Assembly: GCF_001667015.1 (NCBI RefSeq)
Contig: NZ_LZIS01000243.1
Location: forward strand, 1-32,000
Length of the DNA stretch: 32,000 nucleotides
From: Mycobacterium sp. E3198
GTDB lineage: Bacteria; Actinomycetota; Actinomycetes; Mycobacteriales; Mycobacteriaceae
Reading direction: 5' to 3'
The notes below the pieces were generated by a model. That model did no database searches, was not told the origin of the DNA, and was given only the letters and a program-made list of their open reading frames with translations. Positions 1 through 12,350 of the stretch are shown piece after piece (within the stretch, counting starts at the first letter, position 1; each line of letters begins with the position of its first letter). The translations under genes and the position numbers were made by a program.

Positions 1-95
1 CGCCGCCGCACCTGGACCGCGGCCAGCCCCGCACCAACACCTACCACCACCCCGAAAAACTCCTCCACCCCGACAACGACGACGAGGAGGGTTGA
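1..95 (+). CDS. 3' end of a 13E12-repeat / DUF222-type HNH endonuclease gene (5' part outside window)
   Basis: The frame starting at nt 3 reads [30 protein letters not shown], then TGA at 93-95. The GQPRxNxxHHPE(K/R) tail is the C-terminus I recall for actinobacterial DUF222 HNH endonucleases (REP13E12 family). GC3 is high. Only 31 codons are visible. Confidence 0.55.
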   Translation, partial: PPHLDRGQPRTNTYHHPEKLLHPDNDDEEG

Positions 96-213
96 CCCCC
101 GCCGGCTGTCGGGCATGTCGGCACTCGCGTGGCGGTTGACCGCGGCGACAACGCGGCGGACGGACACATGCTAAGGAACCGTCCGTTGATAAGACGAGGC
201 GTCAGGAGGACAC

Positions 214-424
214 GTGGACGACGACAACGTGGCGAATGTGGCTGCCAAACCTGGCGGGTCGGCGCGCGCGGCGCGATACGTCCACCGGGTAAAGAGCCGC
301 TTATCGACGGCGAAGCTACGGTTGGATTTCCCCACCCCACTTCGACTTTGGACAGCCGCGAACCAATACGTTTCATCATCCCGAAAGGTTCGTCCGCGCG
401 ACGACGAGGGCGACTAGCTGCTAG
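214..424 (+). pseudogene. Decayed, frame-shifted second copy of a 13E12/HNH endonuclease 3' end
   Basis: The frame at 293-424 reads [43 protein letters not shown], which parallels the [21 protein letters not shown] tail at 1-95. An in-frame TAA at 290-292 cuts it off. In a different frame, the tracked 67-aa ORF (214-417) reads DDDNVANVAA...RYVHRVKS, resembling a degraded HNH core (TDxDNLxLLC..HHRxKH). The homology therefore crosses frames. Confidence 0.45.
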
Positions 425-1815
425 CTTCCTTCCCGCGCCGCGGCCTTCTCCAGCTCGGTCAGCGCAGGCTCGACGGCGCGGGCCATCTCGTGGATGTCGT
501 TGGCGACTTCGGGGGTCGTGACAAAGCCGAAGTCCAAATACTTCTCGTAAGAGAAGCAGGTGATGTTCAAGGCGATGTCCATGACGGGCGGTCCGAGCGG
601 CACCAGCGACTCCAGCTTGGCGCCGGCCATGTACAGCGGCATGGGCGGGCCGGGGACATTGGACACCACCAGGTTGATGGGGGCCAGGTTTCGCGACAGC
701 CCGGTGGCCGTGTAGGCGCGGGCGGCCAGCTGCAGCAGCCCCGGTGGCGTGGTCTCGGTCAACCCCATGATCTGGTGCGCCGACAGCGCCTTGGCCATCA
801 ACTTGGCGCTCTGGGTGCTCTCGTGAATGGCCCGCAGCCGCTCGGCCGGGTCCTCGATGTCGGTCGCCAGCGACGCGGTCATCGAGCTCACCTTGTTGCC
901 GACGTCGTCCTTGTTCTCGTCGGTGCGCGTCGAGACGGGAATCTGCGCGATGAGCGGTTTGGCCGGCAACTCGTCGTGTTTCAGAAGGTACTCTCGGGCG
1001 GCACCGGCCACGAGGGCCAGCACCACGTCGTTGAGCTTGACGCCAAAGGCATCCTTGACAGCCTTGGCCCGGTCCAGTTCGACGCGGCAGCCGGTGATCC
1101 GCCGGTGCGGTGAAACCGGCGCGTTGAATCGCGTCTTCGGTGCCTCGAAGTAGCCCGGCGGCTTGCTGGTGACGCCCAGCGCGGCGATCTGCTGGCGCAC
1201 CGTCTGCTCCAGGAGCCTGCTGATCCGAAACGGCGTTTTGACCGCCAGATTGACCAGAGCACCCACCGCGCGCCGCTCGATCCCGGGGAGCTGGAATCCC
1301 ACCAGCGATCCCACCGTCTCCTGTTGCGGCGGTCGCGGTTCGGGGGTGACGTCGAGCAGGATTTCGCCCAGCCCGGCGCCGGAGACGCCGTCGACGATGG
1401 CATGGTGCATCTTGGTCAGCGTCGCGACCCGGTTGCCCTTGACGTTCTCGATGACCCAGAGCTCCCACAGCGGTCGCGAACGGTCGAGCTTGTAGGACAT
1501 CAGCCGGCCGACCAGCTCGTCGACCTCGCGCCGGCCGCCCGGCGCGGGCACCGCGATGCGACGGATGTGGAAGTCGACGTCGAGTTCCTCGTCCTCGACG
1601 AACCACGGCCGGTCGAGCCCTAGCGGTGCGCCGGTGACCCGCCAGCGCAGCTGCGGCAGTTCGGGCAGGCGCTCGATGATCAGCTGGCGAACGCGTTGAA
1701 AGCTGAAGTCGGGTGCATCGGTGAGATCACAGATCGCGAGCGCGCCCACATGCATGTGCCAGCCCGCAGTTTCCGCGGACCAAAACGCCGCGTCAACGCT
1801 CGAAAGCCGTTTCAT
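421..1815 (-). CDS. Wax ester synthase / diacylglycerol acyltransferase (WS/DGAT, Rv1425-like triacylglycerol synthase)
   Basis: The start was taken at the ATG at 1815 ([12 protein letters not shown]...), not the ORF-track start at 1875. The HHAIVDG active-site motif (HHxxxDG) is present, and the length (464 aa) and N-terminus are typical of the family. Confidence 0.9.
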   Translation of the reverse strand: MKRLSSVDAAFWSAETAGWHMHVGALAICDLTDAPDFSFQRVRQLIIERLPELPQLRWRVTGAPLGLDRPWFVEDEELDVDFHIRRIAVPAPGGRREVDELVGRLMSYKLDRSRPLWELWVIENVKGNRVATLTKMHHAIVDGVSGAGLGEILLDVTPEPRPPQQETVGSLVGFQLPGIERRAVGALVNLAVKTPFRISRLLEQTVRQQIAALGVTSKPPGYFEAPKTRFNAPVSPHRRITGCRVELDRAKAVKDAFGVKLNDVVLALVAGAAREYLLKHDELPAKPLIAQIPVSTRTDENKDDVGNKVSSMTASLATDIEDPAERLRAIHESTQSAKLMAKALSAHQIMGLTETTPPGLLQLAARAYTATGLSRNLAPINLVVSNVPGPPMPLYMAGAKLESLVPLGPPVMDIALNITCFSYEKYLDFGFVTTPEVANDIHEMARAVEPALTELEKAAAREGS

Positions 1816-1867
1816 GAACTGACCGTAGCCTCCCCCGCCCGTCCTGCCCAGCACTTTGCCGGGCCGG

Positions 1868-2845
1868 CTAAGCATCCTCCAGCAGGTCAGGCGTCACCGC
1901 CGACTCCGTGTCCGGGATCCCCTCGACCTTCGCCTTGCGGTCGGCCATCGACAGCAGCCGCCGAATGCGCCCGGCGACAGCGTCTTTCGTCATCGGCGGG
2001 TCGGCCAGCCGGCCCAGCTCCTCCAGGGAGGCCTGCCGATGCTCGACGCGCAGCCTGCCCGCCGATGCCAGATGGTCCGGGACGGTGTCGCCGAGGATCT
2101 CCAGCGCGCGCTCCACCCGGGCGGCCGCCGCGACCGCCGCGCGCGCCGAGCGGCGCAGGTTGGCGTCGTCGAAATTGGCCAGCCGGTTGGCCGTCGCCCG
2201 GACCTCGCGACGCATCCGGCGCTCCTCCCACACCAGCCGCGTGTCCTGGGCCCCCATCCGGGTCAGCAGGGCGCCGATCGCCTCGCCGTCGCGCACCACC
2301 ACCCGGTCGGCCCCCCGCACCTCGCGCGCCTTCGCGCTGACCCCCAGCCGACGGGCCGCGCCCACCAGCGCCAGCGCGGCCTCCGGGCCGGGACAGCTGA
2401 CCTCCAGGGCGGACGAACGCCCCGGCTCGGTCAGCGACCCGTGCGCCAAAAAAGCCCCCCGCCAGGCCGCCTCGGCGTCGCCGATGCTGCCACCGACCAC
2501 CTGTGCCGGCAGCCCGCGCACCGGACGGCCCCGCATGTCGAGCAGCCCGGTCTGCCGTGCCAGCGCCTCGCCGTCGTTGGCCACCCGCAGCACGTACCGG
2601 GTGCTTTTGCGAATCCCGCTGGCCGACAACACATGCACGACGGCGTTGTACCCGTAGAGCTCGAAGATGTCCTTGCGCAGCCGGCGCGCGACGTTGCCCA
2701 GGTCCACCTCGGCCTCGACGACCACCCGGCCGCCCACGATGTGCAACCCGCCGGCGAACCTCAGCAGGGACGTGACCTCCGCGCGCCGCGCGCTGACCGA
2801 CTTCACAACCAGGCGGCTCAGTTCGTCCTTGACTTCGGTCGTCAT
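1868..2845 (-). CDS. whiA: Sporulation/cell-division transcription factor WhiA
   Basis: (MA)[37 protein letters not shown]... is near-identical to my memory of Mtb WhiA. The ATG at 2845 forms an ATGA overlap with the yvcK stop. An in-frame GTG at 2851 is the alternative start. Confidence 0.95.
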   Translation of the reverse strand: MTTEVKDELSRLVVKSVSARRAEVTSLLRFAGGLHIVGGRVVVEAEVDLGNVARRLRKDIFELYGYNAVVHVLSASGIRKSTRYVLRVANDGEALARQTGLLDMRGRPVRGLPAQVVGGSIGDAEAAWRGAFLAHGSLTEPGRSSALEVSCPGPEAALALVGAARRLGVSAKAREVRGADRVVVRDGEAIGALLTRMGAQDTRLVWEERRMRREVRATANRLANFDDANLRRSARAAVAAAARVERALEILGDTVPDHLASAGRLRVEHRQASLEELGRLADPPMTKDAVAGRIRRLLSMADRKAKVEGIPDTESAVTPDLLEDA

Positions 2846-3873
2846 CGCCACGCGTCGTCACCCCTCTCACCGTCGACCCGGATCTCGTTCGTGGTGGTCG
2901 CGGAAGGGGTTTGAGGGCCTTGTGAACCACTATGGCCCGCTCGGACCCCGTCGAGCGCCGCCGCGAGCTTGCCCGGGTCATGTAAAGGTGTACCAGGTCG
3001 GGACACGTCGGCGAAGTGGACCTCGGCTTCCAGCAGCGTCGCGGTGCGGCGCAGTTGCTCGCGTTCGCGCTCACCGGGCACCCGCTCGGCGTCAATGATG
3101 ATGTCGTGCACGGTGAATCCCGGCGCGTGCTGGGCCAGCACGTGCAGGTGGCGTTCCACCGAGAAGCCGGCCGTCTCCCCCGGCTCGGCGACCAGGTTGA
3201 GCACCAGCGCCCGCCGCGCGGTGGTCGATCGCAGCGCCGAGGCCAGCCCCGGCACCAGCACGTGCGGGATCACGCTGGTGAACCACGACCCTGGCCCCAG
3301 CACCACCAGGTCGGCGGCCATGATGGCGTCGACGGCCTGCCGGGTCGCCGGCGGGTTGGGTGGCAGCAGCCGCACGCGGCGCACCTTGCCGGGCGTGGTC
3401 GCGATCGCCACCTGCCCGCGGATCAGGCGGAAGATCCGCGGGTCGGCCTCCAGGCCGGACACGTCGGCCTCGATCTGCAGCGCGATCGGGCACATCGGCA
3501 ACACCCTGCCCTTGACCCCGAGGATGCGGCCGAGCTCGTCGAGGGCGGCGACCGGATCGGCCAGCACCTCGGACAGGCCCGCCAACAGCAGGTTGCCGAT
3601 CGGGTGGCCGGCCAGCGCGCCGTTGCCGCCGAAACGGTGCTGCAGGATGGTCGCCCACAGCCGTCCGTACGGGCTGTCGGATGCCAACGCCGCCAAGGCC
3701 ATTCGCAGATCGCCGGGCGGGATCACGTCCAGTTCGCTGCGCAGCCGGCCCGACGAACCGCCGTCGTCGGCGACCGTGACCACCGCGGTGACATGCGGCG
3801 TCAGGCGCCGCGCCGCCGACAGCGTCGCATACAGGCCGTGTCCGCCCCCCAAGGCGACGATGCCATCACTCAT
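2842..3873 (-). CDS. yvcK: YvcK/CofD-like gluconeogenesis-morphology factor (Rv1422/CuvA homologue)
   Basis: The N-terminus is [14 protein letters not shown], and the protein is 343 aa. It sits between rapZ and whiA as in other Gram-positives. Its ATG at 3873 overlaps the rapZ stop (ATGA). Confidence 0.9.
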   Translation of the reverse strand: MSDGIVALGGGHGLYATLSAARRLTPHVTAVVTVADDGGSSGRLRSELDVIPPGDLRMALAALASDSPYGRLWATILQHRFGGNGALAGHPIGNLLLAGLSEVLADPVAALDELGRILGVKGRVLPMCPIALQIEADVSGLEADPRIFRLIRGQVAIATTPGKVRRVRLLPPNPPATRQAVDAIMAADLVVLGPGSWFTSVIPHVLVPGLASALRSTTARRALVLNLVAEPGETAGFSVERHLHVLAQHAPGFTVHDIIIDAERVPGEREREQLRRTATLLEAEVHFADVSRPGTPLHDPGKLAAALDGVRAGHSGSQGPQTPSATTTNEIRVDGERGDDAWR

Positions 3874-4754
3874 TCGCGACCCAGATCCCGGTGCAGCACC
3901 CGCACCGCCAGCTGGGGGTTACCCCGAAGCAGCTGCATCAATGCCTCGGCGATCGCGACGCTGCGATGCTTGCCGCCGGTGCAGCCGATGGCGACCGTCA
4001 TGTAGCGCTTGCCCTCCCTGCGGTAGCCGTCGACAACGAGGTTCAGCAGACGATGGTAAGCGTCGAGGAACTCGGCCGCGCCGGGCTGACCCAACACGTA
4101 GTCGCGCACGTCGGGGTGCTCGCCGGTGAGCGGGCGCAGGTCGTCCACCCAGTGCGGGTTGGGCAGGAACCGGACGTCCATCACCATGTCGGCGTCCATC
4201 GGCAGGCCGTACTTGAAGCCGAACGATTCGACGGTGACGCTGGTGGACGCGCCGGTCTCGCCGCCGAAGGCGCGCTCGATGCTCTCCCGCAGCCCCCGCA
4301 CCGACAGGGTCGACGTGTCGATGATCAGGTCGGCGGTGGCGCGCACCGGCGCCAGCATCCTGCGCTCGGCGGCGATGCCCTCGGCCAGCGTCTGCTCGCC
4401 CTGTAGCGGATGGCTGCGGCGGTTCTGTTCGTAGCGGCGCACCAACATGTCGTCGGAGGCCTCCATGAACACCACGCGCGGGCTGATGTTGCGGGTGGCC
4501 AGCTCGTTGCGCACCTCGTCGAGGTCGCCCGTGAAGCCCCGCGACCGCACGTCCATCACCACCGCGAGCTGCGTGATCCGCGACCCGGCGGCCAGCCCGA
4601 AATCGACCATCCGGGTGATCAGCTGGGGCGGCAGGTTGTCGGCCACGTACCAGCCGAGGTCCTCGAGCACCTTGGCGGCGGTCCCCCGCCCCGCGCCCGA
4701 CAACCCCGTCACCAGGACGACATCGATGCCCGCCCCCTCGTCTTGGCTTGTCAT
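3870..4754 (-). CDS. rapZ: RNase adapter / nucleotide-binding protein RapZ (Rv1421 homologue)
   Basis: The true start is the internal ATG at 4754 ([35 protein letters not shown]...), giving 294 aa. It has a P-loop-like GLSGAGRG and a C-terminal CTGGKHRS motif. The long upstream ORF extension is the antisense/alternate frame of uvrC. The ATG overlaps the uvrC stop (ATGA). Confidence 0.9.
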   Translation of the reverse strand: MTSQDEGAGIDVVLVTGLSGAGRGTAAKVLEDLGWYVADNLPPQLITRMVDFGLAAGSRITQLAVVMDVRSRGFTGDLDEVRNELATRNISPRVVFMEASDDMLVRRYEQNRRSHPLQGEQTLAEGIAAERRMLAPVRATADLIIDTSTLSVRGLRESIERAFGGETGASTSVTVESFGFKYGLPMDADMVMDVRFLPNPHWVDDLRPLTGEHPDVRDYVLGQPGAAEFLDAYHRLLNLVVDGYRREGKRYMTVAIGCTGGKHRSVAIAEALMQLLRGNPQLAVRVLHRDLGRE

Positions 4755-6694
4755 TCGGCGAGTTCCGGTTGCTCGGGTCGCAGCGCCTCGAGGACGGCAG
4801 TGGCGGTGGCCACGCCGATGCCCGGAACGGCGGTGATCTGGTCGACGGTGGCCTCCTTGAGGCGGGCTATCGATCCGAAATGGGTTACCAGCGCCTTGCG
4901 CCGATGTTCTCCCAATCCTGGCACCGAATCCAGCGCTGAGGCGGTCATTCGCTTGGATCGCTTGCTGCGATGGTAGGCGATCGCGAACCGGTGCGCCTCG
5001 TCGCGGACGCGCTGCAGCAGGTAGAGGCCCTCGCTGTTGCGCGGCATGATGATCGGGTCCGGCTCCGAAGGCACCCAGATCTCCTCCAGCCGCTTGGCCA
5101 GGCCGATGACCGCGACGTCGGTGATGCCGAGTTCGTCGAGCACGGCCGACGCCGCGTTGACTTGCGGCGCGCCGCCGTCGACGACGAACAGGTTCGGCGG
5201 GTACGCGAAGCGGCGCGATTTTCCTTCCGGCGAAAGCATATTGGTGTCTTTTTGCTCGCTCAGGTGGCGGGCGAAGCGGCGTCGCGTCACCTCGGCAATG
5301 GAGGCGACGTCGTCGGAGCGCCCCTGCCCGGCGGCCTCCCGGATGCCGAAGTGCCGGTAATCCGACTTGCGCGGCAGGCCGTCCTCGAACACCACCAGCG
5401 AGCCCACCACGTCGGTGCCCTGCACGTGGCTGATGTCGACGCATTCGATGCGCAGCGGCGCATCGGCCAGTCCCAGCGCCTCCTGAATATTCTGCAGTGC
5501 AGCAGATCTCGCGTTGAAGTCGCCGGCACGCTTCAGTTTGTGTTGCTGCAGAGCCTCTTTCGCGTTGCGCAACACTGTTTCGGCGAGCGCCCGCTTGTCA
5601 CCGCGGCGCGGCACCCGCAGCGCGACCCGGGAGCCGCGCAGCGCGGACAGCCAACTGGTCAGCTCCTCGGCGTTGGACGGCAGGCACGGCACCAGCACCT
5701 CGCGCGGGACCGGGTTGGTGGATTCGTCGGCGGCGCCGCCCAGTTCGGCCTGCTCCCCGTAGAACTGGGTCAGGAATTGCTCGACCAACCGCTCCTCACC
5801 GGATTCGCCGGGGTCCCCGGACTTTTCGACGATCCAGCCGCGCTGGCCGCGCACCCGGCCGCCGCGGACGTGGAACACCTGCACCGCAGCCTCCAGGTCG
5901 TCGTCGGCGAACGCGACCACGTCGGCGTCGGTGCCGTCACCGAGCACCACGGCCTGCTTCTCCATGGCCCGCTTCAGCGCCGACAGGTCGTCGCGCAGCC
6001 GGGCCGCCCGCTCGAAGTCGAGCTGCTCGGCCGCGGCGTTCATCTGCTGCTCGAGTTCGCGGGCGAAGCGATCGGTCTTGCCGGACAAAAAGTCGCAGAA
6101 GTCCTCCACGATCTGGCGATGCTGCTCGGCGCTGACCCTGCCGACGCAGGGTGCCGAGCATTTGTCGATGTAGCCGAGCAGGCAGGGACGGTCAATCTGC
6201 TTGTGCCGCTTGAAGACTCCGGCCGAGCAGGTGCGGGCCGGAAAGACGCGGGTGAGCAGGTCCAGCGTTTCGCGGATCGCCCACGCGTGTGAGTAGGGGC
6301 CGAAATAGCGCACGCCCTTGCGGCGGGGGCCGCGATAGACCATCAGCCGCGGGAACTCCTCACCCAGCGTGACGGCCAGCACCGGGTACGACTTGTCGTC
6401 GCGGTAACGGACGTTGAAGCGCGGATCGAACTCCTTGATCCAGTTGTATTCCAGCTGCAGCGCCTCGACTTCGGTGTTGACCACCGTCCACTCGACCTTG
6501 GCCGCGGTGGTCACCATCTGCCGGGTTCGCGGGTGCAGGCCGGCGACGTCGGCGAAGTAGGACGTCAGCCTGCTGCGCAGGCTCTTGGCCTTGCCGACGT
6601 AGATGACCCGCCCGTGCGCGTCCCGGAATCGGTAGACGCCCGGCTCGACCGGGATGGACCCGGGCGCGGGGCGATACGTTGCGGGATCTGGCAC
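4751..6694 (-). CDS. uvrC: Excinuclease ABC subunit C
   Basis: The protein is 647 aa with a GIY-YIG N-terminus ([21 protein letters not shown]) and a C-terminal HhH region. It is near-identical to remembered Mtb UvrC. The start codon is GTG at 6694. Confidence 0.97.
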   Translation of the reverse strand: MPDPATYRPAPGSIPVEPGVYRFRDAHGRVIYVGKAKSLRSRLTSYFADVAGLHPRTRQMVTTAAKVEWTVVNTEVEALQLEYNWIKEFDPRFNVRYRDDKSYPVLAVTLGEEFPRLMVYRGPRRKGVRYFGPYSHAWAIRETLDLLTRVFPARTCSAGVFKRHKQIDRPCLLGYIDKCSAPCVGRVSAEQHRQIVEDFCDFLSGKTDRFARELEQQMNAAAEQLDFERAARLRDDLSALKRAMEKQAVVLGDGTDADVVAFADDDLEAAVQVFHVRGGRVRGQRGWIVEKSGDPGESGEERLVEQFLTQFYGEQAELGGAADESTNPVPREVLVPCLPSNAEELTSWLSALRGSRVALRVPRRGDKRALAETVLRNAKEALQQHKLKRAGDFNARSAALQNIQEALGLADAPLRIECVDISHVQGTDVVGSLVVFEDGLPRKSDYRHFGIREAAGQGRSDDVASIAEVTRRRFARHLSEQKDTNMLSPEGKSRRFAYPPNLFVVDGGAPQVNAASAVLDELGITDVAVIGLAKRLEEIWVPSEPDPIIMPRNSEGLYLLQRVRDEAHRFAIAYHRSKRSKRMTASALDSVPGLGEHRRKALVTHFGSIARLKEATVDQITAVPGIGVATATAVLEALRPEQPELAE

Positions 6695-6813
6695 GTACCC
6701 AGGCTAGTAGCCGCTCAAGACAAATCCGACCGGCCCCGAAAGCCGCCGGATCCGCTGATCGGACGGCTACCATCCGCGTATCGCCGATCGCCGATAGCGC
6801 TGGGGGTTCCGGA

Positions 6814-8511
6814 ATGTCGTTCGTGATCGCGGCGCCGGGACTCGTCACGGACGCGGCCGCCGATATCGCCGGTATCGGCTCGTCGGTGGCGACGGCGCAT
6901 CGGGCGGCGGCGGCCTCGACCACCGGGGTGGTGGCGGCCGCGGGCGACGAGGTGTCCGCGGCGATCGCGTCGTTGTTTTCCGGCCACGCCCTCGACTACC
7001 AGGCGCTCGGGCTGCGGGCCGAGGCGTTTCACGCCCAGTTCGTCGCGGCGCTGAGCGGGAGCGCGGCCGCGTATGCCGCCACCGAGGCCGCCGGCACCTC
7101 GCCGCTGCAGATCCTCGCGCAAGACGTGCTCGGCGTGATCAACCTGCCCACCGAGCTGCTGGTGGGGCGCCCGCTGATCGGCAACGGCGCCGACGGGACG
7201 CCGGGTACGGGGCAGGCCGGCGGGGCGGGCGGCATCCTGCTGGGCAACGGCGGCAGCGGCGGTTCGGGAGCGTCGGGGCTACCCGGCGGCCCGGGCGGTC
7301 CGGCCGGCCTGCTCGGTTCCGGCGGCGCCGGCGGCGTGGGCGGGTGGGACGCGTCCGGCGGAACCGGGGGCACCGGGGGGCTGCTCTGGGGCAACGGCGG
7401 CATCGGCGGCATCGGCGGACCCTTCGGCACCGGCGGCGTCGGCGGCAACGCCCTGTTCTTCGGAGACGGCGGGCGCGGCGGGCTGGGCGGGGAACTCGGC
7501 GGCGTCGGCGGCACCGGCGGCCGCGGCGGCTGGCTCATCGGCAACGGCGGCGCGGGCGGGACCGGCGGGGTTTCCGGCGGTCCGGGCGGCGTGGCGGGCG
7601 GTCCCGGCGGCACCGGCGGCATCGCCGGGATGCTGGGCCTGCCCGGTGCCGCCGGCGGCACCGGTGGGGCGCCCACCATCCCGGTGCAGGTGGACCAGCA
7701 AATCAACAGGCCGTACGTCGACGTCTCCATCGCCGGCGGGCCGAATTCCCAAGTGATCCTCGACACGGGATCCCGGGGTCTCGTCGTCCCGCCCCAGGAC
7801 GTCAACTTCGCGTCCCTCGGCGCGGCCACCGGGACGGGCACCGTCACCTACGGCGACGGCGCAAACACCGTGACGGAGAACTACACAACGTATTCGGCCA
7901 CGGTGAATTTCGGGAACGGCATCATCAGCCAGCCGACCACGGTCGCCGTCATCACCTCCGTGACGCAGACGCAGAACGGCCACACAACCAGCTTTGCGGC
8001 CTCGGACGGACTCCCCGTTCTGGGCGTCGGGGGAAGCAATCTCGTCGGCCCGTTGACCACCAGCCCCGTCCAAGTGTTGCCCGACACCCTCAGCCAGGGC
8101 GTGCTCCTCAACGAGCCGGCGGGCACGGCGCAGTTCGGCGCCAACCCGCTGACCGCCCTCACCTCGTCCTCCGGGGCGCCCGTCACGACGCTGAAGGTGT
8201 CGGTCAACGGCGGCACCCCGGTTGCCCTCTCGAACGCGTTCGTCGATTCCGGTGGCCTGTGGGGCGACGTACCCGCCTCGCTGGGCACCGGTTCGGCGGG
8301 CGGCTACGTGCCACAGGGCACGACACTCACCGTCTACACCGCCAACAACGTTGCCATCTACCACGAGACGGTCGGCGCGGCCCCGACGGCGCCGGCTGTG
8401 GTCAGCGGGGCGAATGGCCTTTTCAATACGGGGAATATCCCCTTCGAGACCATCCCGATCTACCTGTCGTACAGCCCGCTGGGCACCGGGACGCTGTTCT
8501 ACGACGCCTGA
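6814..8511 (+). CDS. PE-PGRS family protein with C-terminal PecA-type aspartic protease domain
   Basis: The ATG at 6814 gives [11 protein letters not shown]..., a PE domain of about 95 aa. A Gly-rich PGRS segment follows (GGAGG/GGTGG/GNGG repeats). The C-terminal 280 aa or so carry two aspartyl-protease motifs: ILDTGSRG (GAC at 7762) and FVDSGG (GAT at 8245). Confidence 0.9.
   Translation: MSFVIAAPGLVTDAAADIAGIGSSVATAHRAAAASTTGVVAAAGDEVSAAIASLFSGHALDYQALGLRAEAFHAQFVAALSGSAAAYAATEAAGTSPLQILAQDVLGVINLPTELLVGRPLIGNGADGTPGTGQAGGAGGILLGNGGSGGSGASGLPGGPGGPAGLLGSGGAGGVGGWDASGGTGGTGGLLWGNGGIGGIGGPFGTGGVGGNALFFGDGGRGGLGGELGGVGGTGGRGGWLIGNGGAGGTGGVSGGPGGVAGGPGGTGGIAGMLGLPGAAGGTGGAPTIPVQVDQQINRPYVDVSIAGGPNSQVILDTGSRGLVVPPQDVNFASLGAATGTGTVTYGDGANTVTENYTTYSATVNFGNGIISQPTTVAVITSVTQTQNGHTTSFAASDGLPVLGVGGSNLVGPLTTSPVQVLPDTLSQGVLLNEPAGTAQFGANPLTALTSSSGAPVTTLKVSVNGGTPVALSNAFVDSGGLWGDVPASLGTGSAGGYVPQGTTLTVYTANNVAIYHETVGAAPTAPAVVSGANGLFNTGNIPFETIPIYLSYSPLGTGTLFYDA
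7180..7671 (+). repeat. PGRS polymorphic GC-rich repeat segment (coding, Gly-Gly-X repeats)
   Basis: Reiterated ggcggc/ggcggg triplet runs encode GGxGG units inside the PE-PGRS CDS. The spacing is irregular, so this is not a CRISPR array. Confidence 0.8.
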
Positions 8512-8515
8512 CGGC

Positions 8516-10727
<2,212 letters not shown>

Positions 10728-10952
10728 CGTTGCTGCCTGCTCTCGTAGGGGCCCAGAGGAGAAGCCCAAGTGTTGCATTCAGTATGAACCACCGCGACGG
10801 CGCCGTTATTGCGACGGCTTTTCCGGGCTGAAGCGGCCCACGCCCCTCCGTATGCGTCGAGATCGACGGGAGCGCGACAACGTTCGAGTAGCCATCGCGG
10901 TGGCGTCGATTTCGGCGGGTGGCGCGGTGCTGTAAAGCCTGGTAGGCAGCGT

Positions 10953-11552
10953 CTAACGCGACATCAACCGCTCCACATATTTGGCGATCACGTCGACCTC
11001 GAGGTTCACCTGCGTGCCGACCGGGGCGCGGCCCAGGGTGGTCAGTTCCCGCGTCGTCGGGATCAGCGAGACCTCGAACCAGTCCCGTGGCCCCGAACCA
11101 AGGCCGGACACCGTCAAAGAAATCCCGTCGACGGTGATCGACCCCTTTTCGACGACATAGCGGGCGACGGCCGCGGGCGCCTCGATCCGGACCACCTCCC
11201 AATGCTCGGAGGCGGTGCGGTCCACCACCTGGCCGGTGCCGTCGACGTGCCCCTGCACGATGTGCCCGCCGAGCCGGCTGTTGACGGCCGCGGCGCGCTC
11301 CAGGTTCACCCGGCTGCCGACCTGCAGCCCGCCGAGGTTGGACCGGTTGAGGGTCTCGCCCATCACGTCGGCGGTGAACTGGCCGTCCGGCCTCAGCTCC
11401 GCGACCGTCAGGCACACGCCGTTGACGGCGATCGAATCGCCGTGTCCGGCATCGGCGGTCACCACGGGCCCGCGGATGGTCAGCCGCGCGGCATCGGCGA
11501 GCACCTCGCGCCCGGTGATCTCCCCGAGCTCCTCGACAATTCCGGTGAACAT
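10953..11552 (-). CDS. ribE: Riboflavin synthase alpha chain
   Basis: The N-terminus [12 protein letters not shown] and the internal duplicated lumazine-binding repeat (second [10 protein letters not shown] half) fit the family at 199 aa. It corresponds to ribC/Rv1412 in Mtb. Confidence 0.93.
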   Translation of the reverse strand: MFTGIVEELGEITGREVLADAARLTIRGPVVTADAGHGDSIAVNGVCLTVAELRPDGQFTADVMGETLNRSNLGGLQVGSRVNLERAAAVNSRLGGHIVQGHVDGTGQVVDRTASEHWEVVRIEAPAAVARYVVEKGSITVDGISLTVSGLGSGPRDWFEVSLIPTTRELTTLGRAPVGTQVNLEVDVIAKYVERLMSR

Positions 11553-11636
11553 TGCACCAGGTTAACGGGCCGATGCGCGGCGAATCGGCCCCCGCGTTCC
11601 GGAAGCCGCTCACCACCACCCTCTACGATGCAGGGT

Positions 11637-12350
11637 ATGCAAACCCCCCGCCGTCTCTCGGCCGTCCTTGCATTCTTGAGCCTCGCCGCCGCCCTGGTCG
11701 CGGGCTGCTCGTTCAGCTCGTCGAAAAGCGGCGGCCCGCTGCCCGACGGCACGACGCTGGTGAAGCAGTCCGCGGACACCACCAAGAACCTCAAGAGCGC
11801 GCACCTGGTGCTGACGGTAAATGGGAAAATCCCGGGTTTGGCGGTGCGAAGTTTGACCGGTGACCTCACCACGCAACCGAGCACCGCGGCGCAGGGGAAC
11901 GCCCAGATCACTCTTGCGGGCCAAGACATCAGTGCCGATTTCGTCGTGGTGGGCGGCGACCTCTACACCAACGCCCTCAACCCGGGCGACAAGACCATGA
12001 CCGACGTCGGCCCGGCCTCCCAGGTCTATGACCCCTCGGCCATCCTGAGCCCGGACACCGGCCTGCCCAACGTGCTGGCGAACTTCACCGGCGCCAAGTC
12101 CGAGGGGCGCGACCAGGTCAGCGGCCAGACCGCGGTCCGCATCAGCGGAAACGTCTCGGCGGACGCCGTGAACAAGATCGCCTCCCCCTTCAAGGCGACC
12201 AAGCCGGTGCCGGCCACGGTCTGGGTCGTGGAGACCGGCGACCACCAGCTGGCCCAGGTGCAGCTCCAACAAAGCCAGGGCAACAACGTCCAGATGACGT
12301 TGTCGAACTGGAACCAGCCGGTGCAGATCAACAAGCCGGCGAGCTCGTGA
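11637..12350 (+). CDS. lprG: Lipoprotein LprG (glycolipid/triacylglyceride-binding)
   Basis: [24 protein letters not shown] carries the lipobox VAGC. The body ([16 protein letters not shown]...[16 protein letters not shown]) matches remembered Mtb LprG. An alternative ATG lies at 11628. Confidence 0.9.
   Translation: MQTPRRLSAVLAFLSLAAALVAGCSFSSSKSGGPLPDGTTLVKQSADTTKNLKSAHLVLTVNGKIPGLAVRSLTGDLTTQPSTAAQGNAQITLAGQDISADFVVVGGDLYTNALNPGDKTMTDVGPASQVYDPSAILSPDTGLPNVLANFTGAKSEGRDQVSGQTAVRISGNVSADAVNKIASPFKATKPVPATVWVVETGDHQLAQVQLQQSQGNNVQMTLSNWNQPVQINKPASS

Noticed and set aside
157-185. Hairpin CGGACGG-N15-CCGTCCG downstream of the HNH gene stop, considered as a terminator.
   Set aside because: The stem is only 7 bp with a 15-nt loop and no U-tract (followed by ttgat). 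That is too weak to call.
214-417. 67-aa ORF with a strong AGGAGG 4 nt upstream, considered as a genuine small protein.
   Set aside because: Its C-terminal half has poor GC3. The real sequence similarity to the HNH/13E12 tail runs in a different frame (293-424). I therefore read it as a gene remnant, though residual translation is not excluded.
41-1606. 521-aa ORF on the minus strand overlapping the WS/DGAT gene in another frame. Similar long ORFs occur at 1887-3095, 1856-2914, 2969-4129, 4970-6292, 7279-8364, 9354-10748 and 10234-11619.
   Set aside because: The translations are Arg/Pro/Gly/Ala-rich and low in complexity, typical of off-frame or antisense reading of 70% GC coding DNA. Each fully overlaps a gene with clear family motifs.
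7180-7671. A highly repetitive GC-rich tract that could be mistaken for a CRISPR or tandem-repeat array.
   Set aside because: The repeats are irregular Gly-codon triplets inside one continuous PE-PGRS reading frame. There is no repeat-spacer periodicity.
10806-10895. 29-codon minus-strand mini-ORF ([29 protein letters not shown]) in the ribE-ribBA spacer.
   Set aside because: It has no SD. Its codon third positions are A/T-rich, unlike every real gene here, and it has no recognisable family. It is probably a chance ORF.
11553-11636. Possible FMN riboswitch upstream of ribE; the regions upstream of ribD and ribBA were also checked.
   Set aside because: The 84-nt ribE-lprG spacer is too short. 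None of the conserved RFN core strings could be found by eye here or in 10728-10952. A covariance-model scan would be decisive.
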